In this document: piece after piece, positions 31,001 through 39,974 of the stretch | Position numbering within the stretch: the first letter of the stretch is position 1 | Layout: each line of letters opens with the position of its first letter | Assembly (NCBI GenBank): GCA_044440125.1 | Contig: JBITAJ010000012.1 | Coordinates: 160,001 to 224,000 of the forward strand | Source of the DNA: Sedimentisphaeraceae bacterium JB056 | GTDB lineage: Bacteria > Planctomycetota > Phycisphaerae > Sedimentisphaerales > Sedimentisphaeraceae | Direction: 5' to 3' | Length of the DNA: 64,000 bases | Notes under the pieces: model-generated | Database searches by the model: none | Told to the model about the DNA's origin: nothing | What the model saw: only the letters and a program-made list of their open reading frames with translations | Program-made: the position numbers and the translations under genes

Positions 31001-31681
31001 ATTGATGATGTGAAGATAACGGTTCCCCAGATTACTGCTGCTGATGATACGCCCGCAGAATTTGCTGATGATGGTATTACCATTGGTTTGTGGCATTTTG
31101 ATACTTACTATACTGATGGTGATGTTTATTATCCTGATGATGACAGCGAAAATTCCGGACGTGACAATGATGTTCATGAATACAGCAGTGCTGCTTCATA
31201 TATAAGTCAGGTCTCTGGTGGTTTTGACGGGACTGGTTACGGCTTGCAGTTGGATTATTCTGCAACAGACATATATATGCTTCTGGCCGATAATTGGCCT
31301 GCTGCTGCCGACACTTTCATGTATCAGGGTTGGATAAAGCTCGGATCAGGTGATGGCGGTTATCTTGCTCATATTTATGATCAGGTATGGCTGCATTGCT
31401 ACGAAAGCACGGGCCAGATTACTTTCCAGGTTGATCCTGACACAACCGACAGCACTGACACGGTGAGTATAACAGCGGATATCAGTTCAACTACGGATTG
31501 GCAGTTTATAGAAGCCATTTATGATGGTGATCAGATCATTCTTAAAACCGAGGTGGAAACCGTTGTTTCTGCCGGAACCGGTGTGATAGTTCCTGATCGC
31601 TGCAATGTTTATATAGGCAGTCGAAAAAACAAAAATCGTTTTGTAGGATGTATGGATGAAGTAAAACTTTCTGCACCTTAA
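28001..31681 (+). CDS. Secreted SENH-family paralog 9 with three LamG/concanavalin-like domains (one inserted inside the family domain)
   Basis: DSENHD, EIASPGYAKY, GLRGGAETR; LamG motifs ALDFDGTDD/ALSFDGVND, WQHLVAS/WHRVIAS, GKLDAVEI/GKIDDVKI/GCMDEVKL. Confidence 0.85.
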   Translation: MKKIVISVMLMFVITLLVNADIVDDRSDDVLSGYINDPWPDPNSTTDGEKLWGRAGYALACLYMNTDTAKANDYIDWIHDNYNVATGTDIGFDSYFKMPMLWRLYLDPTTNARLTSTSIDDIEEMMWRWVYSRSTVADAQDSVWRIQDSENHDAVQKSCYLLACQALIDAGSPYGPSVTLDDGNTLQEHYDAWVKYWFEYFRQRVRDGLSCEIASPGYAKYTLACYYNIYDLTDNTALAYMAEDMLTVYWADAASDFLPATGLRGGAETRAYKDALSNGSDSVQDLVYCYDWHDNVPDNVHPYLLTSIASSYRNPAIVDLIASDRTKEPYIHTTRRFGRGGNWVNNEYTVTFDTDQASNMSRQTYVDRDYVMGTLSLDTSDGYIALVDQNRMMGVFFAADADDRIAIHGKGTYDSGRTGMTEIHGVCGDQCMIVARDSGAYNSDGTRIFLSDGELEDNIVSDSGWIFTKTGPYGADGRYFVPDDNSADKSRENNLLLGTSTSSFSGTEPAITAANTGYDSTGSALDFDGTDDLAYSSKGWAGHDSVEIDLYFNADVDNLGTQLLVNAISTWQVAINYDDVSFTVWTDLSARTLSIADVVSTGTWQHLVASIDASGNMSLAVDTSSTSGSGDTLKQQSKDIVLGNKPGTTRWLNGKLDAVEISVPSSSEVLSCWQMDSEECRDVYCGIKIANGSYTSTAVAAGVMLDLSDMWSPIIVQMGLAEDYASYTAFKNSVKANYVDYSSGRVEYFSENYDKYRFWSNSTTLPQINDADVELNPTKTYDGPYLSAYHGSDVVTISHPDASDLTIDMNYHSSPAWDDYKTVALWHMDISVSGEVIDDDLENSGRNNDLPLTGASITTGDGGYFDEALSFDGVNDEASVTGAWIGAEEFQADMWIYPTDGDGSNIVLQARNVWSIGIGNGKLSLTTWNSNSTATALAWSTNITYNTWHRVIASCDADGNRKLTLDGVTITDNAGAGLVTDSAAIDMGNKPGYSRYYDGKIDDVKITVPQITAADDTPAEFADDGITIGLWHFDTYYTDGDVYYPDDDSENSGRDNDVHEYSSAASYISQVSGGFDGTGYGLQLDYSATDIYMLLADNWPAAADTFMYQGWIKLGSGDGGYLAHIYDQVWLHCYESTGQITFQVDPDTTDSTDTVSITADISSTTDWQFIEAIYDGDQIILKTEVETVVSAGTGVIVPDRCNVYIGSRKNKNRFVGCMDEVKLSAP

Positions 31682-31702
31682 TAAATGATTTCAATAATGA
31701 AA

Positions 31703-31741
31703 GAAGCTGGGCTTAGTTCAAACTTAAGCTCAGCTTCCTTT
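31703..31741 (+). terminator. Rho-independent terminator
   Basis: GAAGCTGGGCTTA...TAAGCTCAGCTTC stem followed by CTTT. Confidence 0.7.
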
Positions 31742-31784
31742 CGTCTATGGCAATATTAAGCTTAAAGTCTGTTTATTTGGGTAA

Positions 31785-31850
31785 TTATAGCTACAGTTGT
31801 CTCTTAAAGATCTGTTTTTGGCCGAATTGTGCTTGTTGTTATAGCTACAA
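31785..31850. promoter_or_regulatory. Candidate GntR operator pair
   Basis: TTATAGCTACA occurs exactly at 31785 and 31839; the second copy lies in the dyad TTGT-TATAGCT-ACAA directly upstream of the regulator gene. Confidence 0.55.
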
Positions 31851-31883
31851 TATGCTATATTGAAAATAAATAAGGACTTTGTT

Positions 31884-33047
31884 ATGAATGACACAATGAC
31901 TGAAAATCACAGAACCGAGAGCTCCCGCGACAGAATTGCCAACTATATCCGCGGAAAGATACATTCAAAAGAGTTTGCGCCCGGAGATAAATTACCTACT
32001 ACCCGTGAACTTGCTCAGGCGGCAAGCGTGAGTGGTCATACCGTGCGGCTTGCCATGAGCAGGCTTGAGGATGAAGGGCTTGTATATTCCGCAAGAGGCA
32101 GCGGAACTTTTGTTTGTGAGGAGGCAGTAATTGAAAATGGTGATGATACGAACCTGAAGTCAGTTGCCATCATGGGTGTATTGAGCGATGATCAGGAACT
32201 TCCTGACCGCTACAGATATGAAACGAGCGCTGGTTATATGGAGCAATTAGAGGCTGACGGCTTGATAGCCCAGCTATTTCCTAATTATTACCGGAAATTA
32301 CCTGCCGCTCAATTAACTAAAACAATGATCAAAATGGGATGCTGCGGCGTAATATGGTCGGGACCTACAGAAGCTGAACGCAAAAAGATTGAAGAGATAA
32401 TTGCTGCCCGGATGCCGGTCGTAATAACTTATAGAGCTGATGTGACCGACTGGTTGCCGATGGTAGCCGCGGACTTTGTCTATGGCGGTTATAAAGCGGG
32501 ATGTTATCTGAAATCTAAAGGTTGCAGAAGGGTATTTGCAATAGGTTACGATATATGTTCCAATCATCATCCTAACACCATGCAGAGCGGTTTACCGAAT
32601 GGTTTGATTAACGGTCTAAGCGAGGGCTTGGGGCTTGATATTTTAGATAATGAGAATATAAGCAGAGATATAATATCAGGTTATGAAAAGTCTTCGAGTG
32701 AGATGATATTTCATATTTTGAATAATCTTGAACCGGAAATGGGTGTGGTTTTCTCCAATTCTTACCATTTTCGTAATTTTTTAAGGGATTTTGGCTCTGT
32801 TGCAAAGCAAATTTTAGCCTCAATTCCGTTTGTTATTATCGGAAATACAACGATTATCCGGAAAATAAGTCCATTTGCTCAGGAAATGAACTTTCCGGTT
32901 ATTGGTGATCCATTTGAAGAAATAGCCAGGGTAGCCGTGCAAAAACTTGTGAATATTGCCGGCGGTAAACTTGAAAATACCAAAACTTTGCTGAAACCGT
33001 ATTTTGAGATGTTTTGGGATATCGAAGCTGCTAAGGGTAATGATTGA
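31884..33047 (+). CDS. GntR-family regulator with LacI/periplasmic-binding-type effector domain (AraR-like architecture)
   Basis: PGDKLPTTRELA..VSGHTVRLAMSRLEDEGLVYSARGSGTFV wHTH; C-terminal DFVYGGYKAGCYLKSKGCRRV and PFEEIARVAVQKL. Confidence 0.88.
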   Translation: MNDTMTENHRTESSRDRIANYIRGKIHSKEFAPGDKLPTTRELAQAASVSGHTVRLAMSRLEDEGLVYSARGSGTFVCEEAVIENGDDTNLKSVAIMGVLSDDQELPDRYRYETSAGYMEQLEADGLIAQLFPNYYRKLPAAQLTKTMIKMGCCGVIWSGPTEAERKKIEEIIAARMPVVITYRADVTDWLPMVAADFVYGGYKAGCYLKSKGCRRVFAIGYDICSNHHPNTMQSGLPNGLINGLSEGLGLDILDNENISRDIISGYEKSSSEMIFHILNNLEPEMGVVFSNSYHFRNFLRDFGSVAKQILASIPFVIIGNTTIIRKISPFAQEMNFPVIGDPFEEIARVAVQKLVNIAGGKLENTKTLLKPYFEMFWDIEAAKGND

Positions 33048-33065
33048 TTTTAAGGAGATATAAAA

Positions 33066-33872
33066 ATGAAAAAAAGAGCTTTTACATTAATCGAATTATT
33101 GGTTGTTATATCTATCATTGCGATACTAATGGCAATAATGATGCCCGCTTTGAAAAGAGTAAAGGAGCAGGCTACCGGTGTAGTTTGCAGATCTCATTTT
33201 AAAGATATTGGTGTTATGTTGAATTTATATATGCAAGATAATGAAGGTTGTATGGTTTCTAATCGCTATCACGCCAGTGGTACAGCTTCTGGTACCGGAC
33301 GCTGGACAACCAGACTTGGGCAATATTATAATGCAAATGACAAAGATGTGGTAGGTCATGGCAGATATAACACTGAAATATTTCATTGTCCGATAGAGTG
33401 GAGAAAAAGAGAGAAGACTGGTACTGTGGGATATGCAGTTAATGGCGGTTTTTACTATGAAATAAACGGTCTTATTTCTAACGGTGGTGATAACGATAAT
33501 GTTATTCAAAGTAAATTTGAAAAATCGCTTACATGGAAAAATGCATCAACTCTTCCTCTATTTCATGATAATAACAGTGATGTACCTGAGTTTATGTTTA
33601 GTACAAGAAAGCTAATGTATCCTTCCCAAAATCTCGCTAAGTACGGTTGGAATCTTGGTAGTCCCAGAAATCCCAATATAGATACCTTTGGACCTGCGGC
33701 AAATCACGGTAGAGGTATCAATTATCTGTTTGGCGATAATCATGTAGATATGACTTTATGGCCCTACGAGAATACAATGAGTAATCCTGAGCCTCAAGAA
33801 TATTATTATAAATACTGGCACCCTCTACACGATTTGAGTATAAAATCTCATGAAGATGCGAAGCCATTATAA
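33066..33872 (+). CDS. Prepilin-type N-terminal cleavage/methylation protein (DUF1559 / H-X9-DG type)
   Basis: AFTLIELLVVISIIAILMAIMMPAL, FHCP and HGRGINYLFGDNHV. Confidence 0.9.
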   Translation: MKKRAFTLIELLVVISIIAILMAIMMPALKRVKEQATGVVCRSHFKDIGVMLNLYMQDNEGCMVSNRYHASGTASGTGRWTTRLGQYYNANDKDVVGHGRYNTEIFHCPIEWRKREKTGTVGYAVNGGFYYEINGLISNGGDNDNVIQSKFEKSLTWKNASTLPLFHDNNSDVPEFMFSTRKLMYPSQNLAKYGWNLGSPRNPNIDTFGPAANHGRGINYLFGDNHVDMTLWPYENTMSNPEPQEYYYKYWHPLHDLSIKSHEDAKPL

Positions 33873-33925
33873 AGTATAAGCAAAATTCGACTGTGTTTTT
33901 TTATTTTTTTCAAAGGAGATTTTTT

Positions 33926-36900
33926 ATGAAAAAGCTAACGGTTTTATTGACGATTGTATTTGCCGGCGTTTCTCTGGCGAATTATCAATCACCTTATTTT
34001 GATGATACTGACACCACTGGTTTGTGGCACATGCAGTATATTGATGGTGGTGATATCAAGGATGACAACAGTGCTGATCTTGCCAGAGAGGCAAATATAG
34101 ATCTTGCCGGCGGTACTACTGTGGTTAGTCCTGTCGATGAGGGTATAGGTTATCCGGCGGGTAATTCAGCATTCGCTAATTGTATGCATCTTGATGGTGT
34201 TGATGATAATGCCTTGATAATGAATACAGGTATTGAATTTGATCTTAATGATGTCTGCTTTGAGGGTTGGTTCAAGGCTGATGCCGCTACCGACGGTACT
34301 GTCTTGCTCGATCGTTGGGGACAGCTTGTTATATGGGCACAGTCAACTAAGATCAGTGTGTACGCCTGGGACAGTTTAGGTGTTGTTAATACTGGTATTA
34401 ATGCAAATTATTCTACATCAGGTGCAGTGCCGACAGATTGGACTCATTTTGCAGTTGAGATCCTCAACGATGAACTTAAGGTATATATAAATGGTGTTGA
34501 GTCTGTAACGGCTGCTGTGACCGGCGGCCTTGTAGCAGAACCAAGCAAAGGGGCAACTTATATCGGACGTAGATATAATGGGGCCAATTTGTTTGCCGGT
34601 TATGTTGACGAATACCGTATTTCAAAGGCAAGTGTTCTTCCTTCAGACGGTGTTCAAACTGATAAAATTGCCGGGTTTGAGGCCATATGGCACTTGGACG
34701 AACTGGCTGATCCGATAGAGACAGGCTTGGCTTATGAAGTGACGCCCGATGACGATAGTGCAAATTCAGGCCGCAACAATGATATTACACTTAAGGATGC
34801 GGATGTGGATGTTGCAGTTGCAAGCGGCACCGGTCCGGCAGTAGTAGACCCTGTTGTCGAGGGAATTGGCTATCCTTACGGGATTTCGTCATTTGCCAAT
34901 TGCATGAAGTTTGATGGTGTTGATGATAATTTAGCCATATCAAATTCTACTGTTAATGTTGATCTTGAAAATTTTGCGATTGAATGCTGGGTAAAACCTG
35001 ATGAAAGCATTACATCTCTTACAGGCGGCGGCAATAGTCTTCAATATGTTTTTGATCGCTGGGGCGAAGTATGCATTCGTTTTGATCATTTAGATATTGG
35101 TGGTGCAGGTGAGAGATTCAGATATACTGCAATGATATGGGACAATGAGCTGGCAGATGAATATATCTATGGTTATTGTGATACTCTTGGTATGAATCCT
35201 ACTGCCTGGGCTCACTTGAAATTAGTTGGTTATCAAGGACAGCAGCGTTTCTATATCAATGGAGTGCTTGTAGGAACAAGCGAGTTTAGTATAACTTCTA
35301 CTACAAGGGTTTCTACTCGTGTAGGAGCAAGGTATAATCCTCAGGATTATTTCTTTGGCTATATTGATGAGGTTAGTATTGGTCAGGCTGTTTATGTTGC
35401 GCCTGAGTGGACAGTTCCTCATATTGATTTACTTGGTGAAGTGTCTGCTCTTTGGCATTTTGACGAATTTGCCGATCCTAATACTTCCGGTACTACAGAT
35501 GAACTCTTGCTTGATGATGATAGTGCCAATCCCGGTCGTGATGCGGATCTTAAGCTGTACAGCATAAATTCGGTTGTCGGTGCCGGTGATGGAGACGGGC
35601 CTACTTTGGTTGACCCCGATGTTGAGGGGATCGGTTATCCGATGGGTGATTCTGCGTTTGGCAACTGTGCTTTCTTTGATGATCCTGTATTGGTGGAAGC
35701 TGATTCTTTCAGGGCTCCGATAGATGATGTTGTATTTGACTCTTCGAATGTGTCAATACAGTTCTGGCTCAGACCGGCAGAAGGTTTGCTTGAGTTTACT
35801 CCGGACCAGGATACTTTCTATTATATTTTCGATCGCTGGAGTCAGATAGTTTTCAGATTCATTCAGAAAACAAGCGGTGATTATCAGGTGCAGGCAATTG
35901 TCTGGGATGCAAATGGTTCTGCAGGCTACCTGACTGCTGCTTACAGTTCTTTGGGTATTGATTCAAGTGACTGGGTTCACGTGGAATTCGAGAATTATCA
36001 GGGTGCGGCAGCTCTTTATGTCAATGGAAGTTTGGCAGACAGCTCGGCACTGGCAACGCCGGGGCTTGGCAGTCCGAATAAAAGCAGTTTATACATTGGT
36101 TCGAGATACAGTCCGCAGGAATGGTTCTGGGGATATATGGACGAAATGATGATAAGTCAGGTTGTGGGAAATATTCCTTGCGGCGCATGGGATTATCTTG
36201 ATGGTGATCTTTCTCAGGACTGCGTTGTGAATCTGCTTGATTATGCTATGCTTGCTGACGAGTGGCTTGCTGACTATACGATAGACGGTTCGGGCAGTGA
36301 TAATTATCCGGTTCTTACAGAGGATTTCTGGCCGTTACCCGGTAACTACAATATTCCTCGTGCAACGGTTACTCCTGCAATTGACGGTACTATCGCTACG
36401 GGTGAGTGGGAAGACGCCAGAACTATTGAAATGATCTATCCTACACTCACAGAAGCTCCGAACACCGGTACTTTGAGACCTGGTACATCGGAACCCGATA
36501 ACAATGCTGATTTCAGTCTTTGGTGGTATGTAAAGTGGGATGATAATTATCTCTATGTTCTCGGTGTAACGTATGATGATATTTACAACTCTGCGGCAGG
36601 TCAGGATGAGCCTCAGCTTTGTTTCAACTATCTGAATAATCAGAGCGCGGGATACCTCACGGAAGCATTCATATGGAATCTTGCTGTTGACGGCACTATA
36701 AACACCAATGGCGGACCAGCTCCAACCAGTTCCGATCTTTCCGGTCAGCTCAATAGTGGTTTGTTCGGAGACAGCTATGTACTTGAGGCGAGATTCGCCT
36801 GGAGCGATCTTGAAGTTGGAACTACCGGTTACAGCCCTGTTGCCGGTGATATTCATGGTTTCGGTCTTGCATGTCAGGATCATGATGCCGGCGGTACCCG

Positions 36901-37126
36901 TGAACACTTCCTGCTTGATTTCGGCAGTGGTGCGATTGCTATGGATGATCTTTCAACATGGAATACGGTAACGCTTGTTGAAGAAATGCCTCTGTTAGAA
37001 GCGGGCACATCAATTGCTGACTTGAATCTTGACGCTTTTGTTGACCCAATTGATCTCAAAGCAATGGCCGCAGATTGGCTCAATTGCAGTGATCCTATGG
37101 ATGCATCATGTGTTGACGCACGTTGA
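33926..37126 (+). CDS. Secreted non-catalytic multidomain protein: 3 LamG-like repeats, CBM9-like domain, two dockerin-like motifs
   Basis: ATG after AAGGAG; three repeats with LWH, DDxSA, EGIGYP, DRW, F.GY.DE; PAIDG...GEW and YVKWDDNYLY (CBM9/DOMON-like); DLSQDCVVN and DLNLDAFVD. Confidence 0.8.
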   Translation: MKKLTVLLTIVFAGVSLANYQSPYFDDTDTTGLWHMQYIDGGDIKDDNSADLAREANIDLAGGTTVVSPVDEGIGYPAGNSAFANCMHLDGVDDNALIMNTGIEFDLNDVCFEGWFKADAATDGTVLLDRWGQLVIWAQSTKISVYAWDSLGVVNTGINANYSTSGAVPTDWTHFAVEILNDELKVYINGVESVTAAVTGGLVAEPSKGATYIGRRYNGANLFAGYVDEYRISKASVLPSDGVQTDKIAGFEAIWHLDELADPIETGLAYEVTPDDDSANSGRNNDITLKDADVDVAVASGTGPAVVDPVVEGIGYPYGISSFANCMKFDGVDDNLAISNSTVNVDLENFAIECWVKPDESITSLTGGGNSLQYVFDRWGEVCIRFDHLDIGGAGERFRYTAMIWDNELADEYIYGYCDTLGMNPTAWAHLKLVGYQGQQRFYINGVLVGTSEFSITSTTRVSTRVGARYNPQDYFFGYIDEVSIGQAVYVAPEWTVPHIDLLGEVSALWHFDEFADPNTSGTTDELLLDDDSANPGRDADLKLYSINSVVGAGDGDGPTLVDPDVEGIGYPMGDSAFGNCAFFDDPVLVEADSFRAPIDDVVFDSSNVSIQFWLRPAEGLLEFTPDQDTFYYIFDRWSQIVFRFIQKTSGDYQVQAIVWDANGSAGYLTAAYSSLGIDSSDWVHVEFENYQGAAALYVNGSLADSSALATPGLGSPNKSSLYIGSRYSPQEWFWGYMDEMMISQVVGNIPCGAWDYLDGDLSQDCVVNLLDYAMLADEWLADYTIDGSGSDNYPVLTEDFWPLPGNYNIPRATVTPAIDGTIATGEWEDARTIEMIYPTLTEAPNTGTLRPGTSEPDNNADFSLWWYVKWDDNYLYVLGVTYDDIYNSAAGQDEPQLCFNYLNNQSAGYLTEAFIWNLAVDGTINTNGGPAPTSSDLSGQLNSGLFGDSYVLEARFAWSDLEVGTTGYSPVAGDIHGFGLACQDHDAGGTREHFLLDFGSGAIAMDDLSTWNTVTLVEEMPLLEAGTSIADLNLDAFVDPIDLKAMAADWLNCSDPMDASCVDAR

Positions 37127-37146
37127 TACTGAATAATAATTTAATC

Positions 37147-37178
37147 AAGGCAGCCGTCTTAGAGGCGGTTGCCTTTTT
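37147..37178 (+). terminator. Rho-independent terminator
   Basis: AAGGCAGCCGTCT-tag-AGGCGGTTGCCTT followed by a T run. Confidence 0.8.
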
Positions 37179-37203
37179 CCTTTGACTGTATAAGAGGTAA
37201 GAT

Positions 37204-39969
37204 ATGAGATTCAAGCTTAATATATTATTCTTATGTTTGATGGCTTCTTTTGCCGCAGCTTTAACTGACTCTGAATTAAATGCGTTTAGAGATGGTTTTG
37301 AGTCGAGAAGAGACGGTATGCTTTCCAGGCAGGTCTCAAGTCCTTATCCGGGGATTGACAGCTATGTATGGAATAAACAGGATTTTGCGCTTGCCGCCTT
37401 ATACCTCAATACTCAATTACCAGAGGCTAATCAAGCGATAATAGATGCTTGCGATTATCTTAAAGCCAATCCAACTGAGTATGATGTGGATTTTCACTGG
37501 AAAGGCAATCTCTTTTACAGGATATATAAATATTTCTATCACGACAGTGAATATTTTCCCGGCAGATTGACGACTGAGGCAGAGGCGGCCATATGTGACA
37601 TATTCTGGAACTGGGCAAAGTATAAGTCAGTCCTTTCAGACACTGATTATTCTCAATACCTGAGCTGGACTTGTTGGGGCAGTGAAAATCATGATGCGAT
37701 GAGGAAGACAACCAGTTATAGTGCAGCAGATATATTGAAAGATGTTCCCGCTTACCAAAATTTATTGTTTGATGATGGACATACTGCACTGGAGCATTAT
37801 AACGGATGGAACAGTTATTTTAAGGAATATTTGAGAGAGAGGGCAAAGAAGGGTTTGCTTGTTGAGATTGCTTCTAACGGTTATGCCAAATATACTATTC
37901 AGGGTTGGTACAATTTTTATGATTTTGCGCCTGATACTGAGCTGAGAAAACTTGCCGGGATGACTCTTGATCTTTGGTGGGCGGATTGGGCACAGGATCA
38001 GATCAACGGTGTACGCGGCGGAGGTAAGTCGAGGATTTATCAGGACGGGGATAAATATGCCAATGATGACAGTGCATACAGTATGTGCTGGTACTATTTT
38101 GATATTGGGATTGCCAACAGCAAGCATCCGGGTGTGATGTGTCTTGCTACAAGCGGTTATCGAATCCCTCTTGTCGTTATGGATATTGCTCTTGATATTA
38201 ACGGCAGGGGTGTTTATGAGACGTATTCGAGACGTCCGGGATTGAAGCTGTTACCGCAGCCACAGAATCCTGCACCTGAAACGTATTATTTAGACCCTTA
38301 TTTTGGAGGCATTCTACGATATACTTATGTTACACCCGAATATGTGATCGGTACCTGTATGATGGGAAACAGACCTGCTGACGAATGGACCGCTATAAGC
38401 AGTCAGAATCGATGGCATGGTGTGATATTCAGTAAACATAAGGATGCGAGAATATTGCCGCAATGCGAAGGTATACCTCTGGATTACGGCAAGACATACA
38501 ATCAGCAATGGTCCGTGCAGAATAAATCGACGCTTATTACACAAAAGATAAGGACGAGCGAACATACCGGTGATATGCGGGTTTATTTTTCCGGCGGTTC
38601 GTATATGACGCTGATTGAAGAGGGCGGCTGGATATTTGCCGACCTTACAGATTCCTTTGCCGCAGTTCGACCGGCTTGGGGCGGCTATCTTTGGGATGAC
38701 GCTAACTGGATACGCTGCAATGATGAGTATTCACCTGTTATTATTGAAGCAGCGAGAGCAAACGAATTCAGCAGTTTCAACTCTTTCAAGCAGACATTGC
38801 TTGCCAAGACGATAACGATCAATAATGGCGTGCTGACATACGAGGGACTGAAGGATTCGGGAGTGTTTACTTTTTATACAACCACAACGCAATTACCCCA
38901 AATTGATGGAGTGGCAATAGACTTGCAGCCGGATAAAACATTTGATGGTCCCTTTGTGAATGAAGATTTCGCATCTGGTGTTGTGAGTATAGATAAGGAT
39001 TCAAGATCTCTTGTGCTTGATTTTGATCAGGCTTTGAGCGGCAGTTGCGGGCAGTGGGGATATTTTGAATCTGACATCAACTTTGATTGTGTTGTAGATA
39101 TGCTTGATATCAGGATGATGATTGAACAGTGGCTTGATGATAAGTATTTTGAAAGTTCAGGAAGTGATAATTACCCTGATTTAGAGCAGCAGAATTGGCC
39201 TTTGCCTGGTAACTATAATGTGCCTTCGGCTGATGTTGTTCCTGTAATCGATGGAGTTGTTTCAACGGGTGAATGGACTGATGCGAGGGTTATTGAAATG
39301 GTTTATCCTTCGCTTATTACTGTACCTAATACCGGAACATTGTATTCAGGTTCGGTAGCTCCAGATAACGCGGAAGATTTTAGTTTGTATTGGTATATTA
39401 AATGGGATAGTATGAACTTGTATATGCTTGGCGTTGTATATGATGATATCATTGATTCGCAAGACACGCCGGTTTTTTGTTTTAATCCGATGAATAATCC
39501 TTCAGCGGCTTTCCCGGGTGATATGTTTTTGTGGGTTCTTTCTACTGCTGGTAATATTATTCCGTTTTATACTGCCGGGCCAACGGACTCTGCTTTAGCA
39601 GGTACTATAGCCGGCGGGCATTATATTCTGGAGGCAAAATTCCGGTGGAGTGATTTTGGTATAGCCGGATATAACGCTCAAATAGGTGATGTGCATGGCT
39701 TTGGACTGGCTTGTCAGGATTTTGATGCAGGCGGTGTTAAAGAACATTATTTTCTCGATTTTGGTTCAGGCGTTTCGAATGTTGCTGATGCAGGTACATG
39801 GAATACTATAACACTTGTTGATGAATTGCCTGTGAGCGATAAAGGGATGTATGCATCCGATACCAATGATGACTTGAAGGTCGATCTGAATGATTATTCT
39901 ATGATAGCTGAGCAGTGGCTTGATTGCAGCAGCCCTGTTGTAGAAGGTTGTGTTAATGCTTTGGATTAA
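37204..39969 (+). CDS. Secreted SENH-family paralog 10 with a CBM9-like domain between two dockerin-like motifs
   Basis: WGSENHD, EIASNGYAKY, GVRGGGKSR, SSQNRWHG; tail closely similar to that of 33926..37126. Confidence 0.85.
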   Translation: MRFKLNILFLCLMASFAAALTDSELNAFRDGFESRRDGMLSRQVSSPYPGIDSYVWNKQDFALAALYLNTQLPEANQAIIDACDYLKANPTEYDVDFHWKGNLFYRIYKYFYHDSEYFPGRLTTEAEAAICDIFWNWAKYKSVLSDTDYSQYLSWTCWGSENHDAMRKTTSYSAADILKDVPAYQNLLFDDGHTALEHYNGWNSYFKEYLRERAKKGLLVEIASNGYAKYTIQGWYNFYDFAPDTELRKLAGMTLDLWWADWAQDQINGVRGGGKSRIYQDGDKYANDDSAYSMCWYYFDIGIANSKHPGVMCLATSGYRIPLVVMDIALDINGRGVYETYSRRPGLKLLPQPQNPAPETYYLDPYFGGILRYTYVTPEYVIGTCMMGNRPADEWTAISSQNRWHGVIFSKHKDARILPQCEGIPLDYGKTYNQQWSVQNKSTLITQKIRTSEHTGDMRVYFSGGSYMTLIEEGGWIFADLTDSFAAVRPAWGGYLWDDANWIRCNDEYSPVIIEAARANEFSSFNSFKQTLLAKTITINNGVLTYEGLKDSGVFTFYTTTTQLPQIDGVAIDLQPDKTFDGPFVNEDFASGVVSIDKDSRSLVLDFDQALSGSCGQWGYFESDINFDCVVDMLDIRMMIEQWLDDKYFESSGSDNYPDLEQQNWPLPGNYNVPSADVVPVIDGVVSTGEWTDARVIEMVYPSLITVPNTGTLYSGSVAPDNAEDFSLYWYIKWDSMNLYMLGVVYDDIIDSQDTPVFCFNPMNNPSAAFPGDMFLWVLSTAGNIIPFYTAGPTDSALAGTIAGGHYILEAKFRWSDFGIAGYNAQIGDVHGFGLACQDFDAGGVKEHYFLDFGSGVSNVADAGTWNTITLVDELPVSDKGMYASDTNDDLKVDLNDYSMIAEQWLDCSSPVVEGCVNALD

Positions 39970-39974
39970 GATTT

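Noticed and set aside
33700..33745. H-X9-DN instead of H-X9-DG in the DUF1559 protein
   Set aside because: Single substitution in a variable motif; no basis for functional significance.
1142..39969. Calling the island a cellulosome
   Set aside because: Dockerin-like motifs are present but no cohesin or scaffoldin is recognisable in the window.
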